From: Asterionella formosa
Lineage: Eukaryota
Assembly (NCBI GenBank): GCA_002256025.1
Contig: NKIB01013658.1
Coordinates: 1-54,025, forward strand
Direction of reading: 5' to 3'
DNA length: 54,025 bases
The position numbers and the translations under genes were made by a program. Position 1 is the stretch's first letter. Each line of letters begins with the position of its first letter. Below, piece by piece: positions 49,093 through 54,025 of this stretch. The notes under the pieces are model-generated. The model was not told where the DNA came from, did no database searches, and saw nothing but the letters and a program-made list of their open reading frames with translations.

Positions 49093-49937
49093 NNNNNNNN
49101 NNNNNNNNNNNNNNNNNNNNNNNNNNNNNNNNNNNNNNNNNNNNNNNNNNNNNNNNNNNNNNNNNNNNNNNNNNNNNNNNNNNNNNNNNNNNNNNNNNNN
49201 NNNNNNNNNNNNNNNNNNNNNNNNNNNNNNNNNNNNNNNNNNNNNNNNNNNNNNNNNNNNNNNNNNNNNNNNNNNNNNNNNNNNNNNNNNNNNNNNNNNN
49301 NNNNNNNNNNNNNNNNNNNNNNNNNNNNNNNNNNNNNNNNNNNNNNNNNNNNNNNNNNNNNNNNNNNNNNNNNNNNNNNNNNNNNNNNNNNNNNNNNNNN
49401 NNNNNNNNNNNNNNNNNNNNNNNNNNNNNNNNNNNNNNNNNNNNNNNNNNNNNNNNNNNNNNNNNNNNNNNNNNNNNNNNNNNNNNNNNNNNNNNNNNNN
49501 NNNNNNNNNNNNNNNNNNNNNNNNNNNNNNNNNNNNNNNNNNNNNNNNNNNNNNNNNNNNNNNNNNNNNNNNNNNNNNNNNNNNNNNNNNNNNNNNNNNN
49601 NNNNNNNNNNNNNNNNNNNNNNNNNNNNNNNNNNNNNNNNNNNNNNNNNNNNNNNNNNNNNNNNNNNNNNNNNNNNNNNNNNNNNNNNNNNNNNNNNNNN
49701 NNNNNNNNNNNNNNNNNNNNNNNNNNNNNNNNNNNNNNNNNNNNNNNNNNNNNNNNNNNNNNNNNNNNNNNNNNNNNNNNNNNNNNNNNNNNNNNNNNNN
49801 NNNNNNNNNNNNNNNNNNNNNNNNNNNNNNNNNNNNNNNNNNNNNNNNNNNNNNNNNNNNNNNNNNNNNNNNNNNNNNNNNNNNNNNNNNNNNNNNNNNN
49901 NNNNNNNNNNNNNNNNNNNNNNNNNNNNNNNNNNNNN

Positions 49938-52900
49938 GATAGTCTCATGTTCTGTAAAGTTTGGAACTGGTTGCATGTTACGAGAGATTTCAGCCTCATA
50001 ATGTTGACGCGAAAAATTACCATGTTGGCGACCTGCAAACCTACTACCATGATGACTCGGGGGATCAAGTCTTTGCTTATCTCTATGCAATTTGTTTCGT
50101 AATTCATCCCAATGATCTTTCTCCAAGATGTGTTCTCGTTTACTTTCAGAATAGCTAAAGCGAGAATTTTCAGCATTATTATCATTCTCCAGAGTATTTG
50201 TGTCCAATTTTCTAGAAGCGTTGCCTTCCATGTCGTCTTCACCTCCTATATCTCTATCCACGTCGTGCGGGGCAAGCCTGTGCCGAACGAACTGTGGTAG
50301 TACAAAACCTCCTGCTTCTTTGAGGTGTACAGCTTGCGAACTATGCTCTTCGTGCTTTTCGTTAATACCGCTCTGTTCGTCGCGCTGTGCTTGTGCTAGC
50401 GTCTTGCCGGGGTCAGGGACAAAATTATCCAAGTGCTCGTCAACGAAGGCAGCTGGGTCCTTGATTGTATCCGCTTGCACGGCTTGCGGGGCCAAAATAC
50501 CGGTAAGCTTTGGAAAGACTAAGTCTCTCGTGCCTGTCGTGGGTGGACAAATATAGGTGCTACAATTGGCGGTTTCATTACAATTCTTTTCGACGAGGTC
50601 AGGTTGTCCCACTTCAGTTAGTGTAGACGGACCGGTTTCGAGGACCATCCGTGCGAGACTGGCATTCCTTTCCTCTGGAGTATTTGTGAAAGTTATCGGC
50701 TTTGAATGAACTCGATCCTTGCTCGCTACATCGTTTTGCTTCTCGACAGCCATTCCTTTTGCATTCGTCGCCTCGGTATTTGCGTACTTTTCTCGCTGTT
50801 TGTATTCTAAGACTTCCTCGTCTGGCACGAACTCAAATGATTTTGGCATAATTTCGAATGATGTTGGCTTTGGAAGGAATACTGGGCTTCTCAATGCAGC
50901 CGTACGGGGATAAGTATCAGAAATGTCAGAATCAATCCCTTTGGTAGTCACTGTTGGGCTATCATGCTCCGCGACTTCAGGCTTCCAGTCCAATCTTTTC
51001 ATTTGCTTATTTTCGATTACATTTCCTTTATTTTCGTTTTCTTCTGACTCTCCCCCGGAAAGTAATAATTCTTGGTCCGTAACAAACGTTGACCCTTGCT
51101 TCCTTGTGGCATCACCACCTTCGGAATTCAGGAATTCTGTTGTAAGTGTCCCAGAAGTGCTCTCTGGTTCAATGTCTTCGTTTACCGCAGGTCCTTGTTC
51201 CAATCTGTCAGATCCTTCCAAATCCATTAAGTTGTTCACTTTCTCAACGACAGGTTCGACCTGGGTAGTGGAGGTCCAAATCGTAATACCAGCGAGAATG
51301 AGGGCAACTTCGGTTTCATTTAAAAGTTGAATACGCCTCTCGTGGATAACTCTATTCTCTGTCTCATCATTTTCAAACTCTTGTGGTAACTGGTTAGCAA
51401 CCGCAATATCCGGTAATCTTTCATCCTCAGGCCTGACCCCTTCGACCTCGCCTACGGCAGCAACAAGGACGTCCGTGGCGTTTGCAGGATCCCCCTCGGC
51501 ATTGATAAGTTCTACTTCTGCTTCAGGCAGCTGCAGAACTTCATCAGCAATATTAACACTGACACCTTCAGGTGTTTGCTCCTCAATTTCGAATGCACTT
51601 TGTCCCACTTCAAATGCCCCCAGTTGTTCTTGCAGATTTGAAGAATCAAATTCTTTTTTACCTCTGTCAAATCGACCTTCTTCATTTTGTTCTTGCAGTA
51701 GGACTTGTTCTTCAATAGCAGGTATTTTTTCAATCTCTCCCTCTTGTGTGATGCTGTCAACTCCAATGGAATTCTTTAGTATGGGACATTCCCGAGCATT
51801 GAATTGAAGCGATTTCTCCTTGTCGATATGGATCTCTGTTCCGATGAGCGAAGTTGCTTTCTGACATAAGCGGCTACGGCTTCGACATCTTTCTTTTAAG
51901 AAAAAAGCAACGAAAATGGTGAGGGCGATTTTGAGCAAAATCACGAAGCTGGCAGCCAAACCTTACCAATGCCTTGCATGGGCTCATCATCCTCAGAAAG
52001 GATGGTCTTTCCCACAAAATGTCGGGTGCTATAATGTTCTGAGTCAATGGAATACATGTCCCAAAAGTTGAGAACATCCAACAGAGTTTCACTATTTGAA
52101 CCAGCTCTATTCTTCTCCCTCAGTTTATAATCACTGTCAAGGCGATTGTAGGTTTGCAAATCATCTACCACTGCGTAAATAAATGATTCCTTTGTATCAG
52201 TATCGGTTTTATTGTTTGTGGACTGTTCACTTGTCGGTTTCTTACGTCTTCGAAGAACCAACGTCTTTTGGGATGTGATAAGTTTCCTTTGTATAGCTTT
52301 CCTCCTCCGAATACGGTCTCTGAGTTTCTTCGCCTCTGTTTCCGACTCTTCGTTCAAGGAATCGGATTCATCAGCAGTGGATACAGTATCATTCTCTCCA
52401 GCCTTGGCACCGCTCATTTGATTGAAACCATTTTGGATATGTTTAGGTCTTTTGAGGCCAACAAAGCCCCCCACCACAGGCTGATTTGGATTACATCGCT
52501 TGTGTTTGGAATGCTTTGCCAGAGGCTGTAAACGAATCATACGAACATCAGGAAAGTTTTCGATCCTTCGGAGAACATCAATAACTTCGTCCTTCGTGAC
52601 GTGAGCATCTTCCATATCTTCATAAACATCCCGTGGTCCGAATGTACAGTAGATCTCTTCTTGCTGTATTTTCTTTCCAAGGTAAGTTTGCATGGTATCT
52701 GGATCGATCTTATTCGTTCCGGACCACAACGCATGTTCTGCTAGACCATTCTTGTATACAAAGGAAATTTGGAAGTAATCCTTTAGAATCCCTATGTTGG
52801 CGACAAGCTCCCTCATGCAATGAAAGCAAAAGGGAAGATAGATTACCCCATCTCCCATCTTCCCTTCTGAATGTTTGGGAAACTCCAAAACTTGCACCAA

Positions 52901-53326
52901 ATCTGGAAGCACCTTGTGAAAGAATCTTTTACTCCAGTGTTCCATTACCCAAGTCCCTTTAGGACACCAAAAGTAATCTAGAATAATCTGCTTAAACTTG
53001 ACATCTGGTCCAAAATGCCGAATAATCGAATCGACAAAGCCAGATCGATTAAAATTTGCACTCAAATGCTTGTCGTGCACATAGACGGACCCATGTTCTT
53101 GCGAGACAGTAAAGGCTTCAATGCCATGCTTCTCTTCCATTGCTATGCATCGAGCCAAATCTCGGCCGTCCATTTCAGTAAGAATACGACGACGGACACA
53201 TTCGACGACTTGTTGCACAGACGACTTGGTCGTGACCAAAATGTCGGGACGGTATCCCTCCTTCAATATCTGGGCTTCGATATCAGCGTAGGACATGCCT
53301 AGACAAAGAACTTTTCCTTTCCTCAT
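49938..53326 (-). CDS. Large hypothetical protein: globular N-terminal domain of unknown function plus a long acidic disordered region; 3' end lost in the gap
   Basis: ORFs 51941-53485 and 49080-51959 join in frame through a predicted intron 51966-51893 (GTAAGG...pyrimidine tract-AAAG). First plausible ATG at 53326. Confidence 0.7.
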
Positions 53327-54025
53327 ACCGAAATGAATTTTTAAATGAATTACAACGGATTGAGTAAAAGGAAACGCCAACAAGCGAGCCTCGATAATCT
53401 GATGTAGCGCGAAGTCGAAGTTGCTGGAAACAAAGCTATGATTGTGCCCGTTTAGCTGCCTTTTTGTGTGCTTCTGGTGAACCAATGGCCAACGTCTTCG
53501 AATTAATTATGAGTGTTAATCCCGGTTGCTGTGCAATGGGAAACAATGCATCAAGCTTAAGGTGCCAGTACAAATAAAGAATTAACACAACAATCGCAAC
53601 AGCAATATAAAAAATAAGGAAAGTGCCGGAAATTGTGATTAAACCTGGTACGGGTGCTTGGTAGCTAGTACTCCTAGTACTCCTGGTACCCTGGTACCAG
53701 TCAAAAACTGCTTCAGACCACTATGAACTGCTTTGTTAAATTCCTTACACCAGTAGCAGTACACGTTTGTACACGCTGTATGCTTTAGTCTTTCTCTTAG
53801 CTAGACAAGTCAAATGTAGACAGTAACGTTTTGCTTCCTTATTTTATTGTGAGCTTATAAAACTAGAAATCGATTTACAATCGATTCAACTCCACTTATT
53901 TCAGATCAGTTGGATCTTGGATCTTTTGTCCAAACTTTCATACAGATAACCAAGTAATGATAATGATCTGTTCCTGATCATTCAATCATTCTTTTACTTC
54001 ATAACACATGTAGAACATTGTTTTA

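Noticed and set aside
1..54025. CRISPR arrays, rRNA/tRNA genes, prokaryotic operons or defence systems
   Set aside because: No regularly spaced repeat-spacer array or RNA-gene signature seen. Introns and presequences show eukaryotic nuclear DNA. A tRNAscan/Infernal run would be needed to exclude small RNA genes.

Overview
Eukaryotic nuclear DNA, most likely from a diatom. This is inferred from short GT-AG introns, several bipartite signal-peptide + Phe (ASAFAP-type) plastid presequences, and a CoDi-like Copia element. About 12 host genes are present: a DENND4-like Rab GEF, a small hypothetical, a TraB-family protein, a giant Ser/Pro-rich disordered protein, a small protein with a duplicated Cys motif, leuB, a RING-H2 E3, a DTW-domain protein, a double dienelactone hydrolase, FLAP1/DUF1517, APH-1, a coiled-coil/PDZ-like protein and a large unknown gene. 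Two AT-rich blocks of decayed transposons interrupt them. Block 1 (~8.85-19.7 kb) holds an RT-deleted Copia plus probable pogo-like and Mutator-like remnants. Block 2 (~27.4-33.9 kb) holds a probable Plavaka/CMC-like transposase with an internal inversion and an intron-containing Crypton-like tyrosine recombinase pseudogene. Assembly gaps lie at 5266-5797, 12849-12858, 30307-30316 and 49093-49937. No rRNA, tRNA or CRISPR array was recognised, and I cannot demonstrate a novel multi-gene system. The best leads are a strongly enriched TACCGGTA palindrome near start codons, the recombinase/transposase block, a plastid protein with a duplicated 3-Cys module, putative actin-binding motif repeats, and a surface-anchored tandem hydrolase. 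All family calls are by-eye motif recognition, not database searches.
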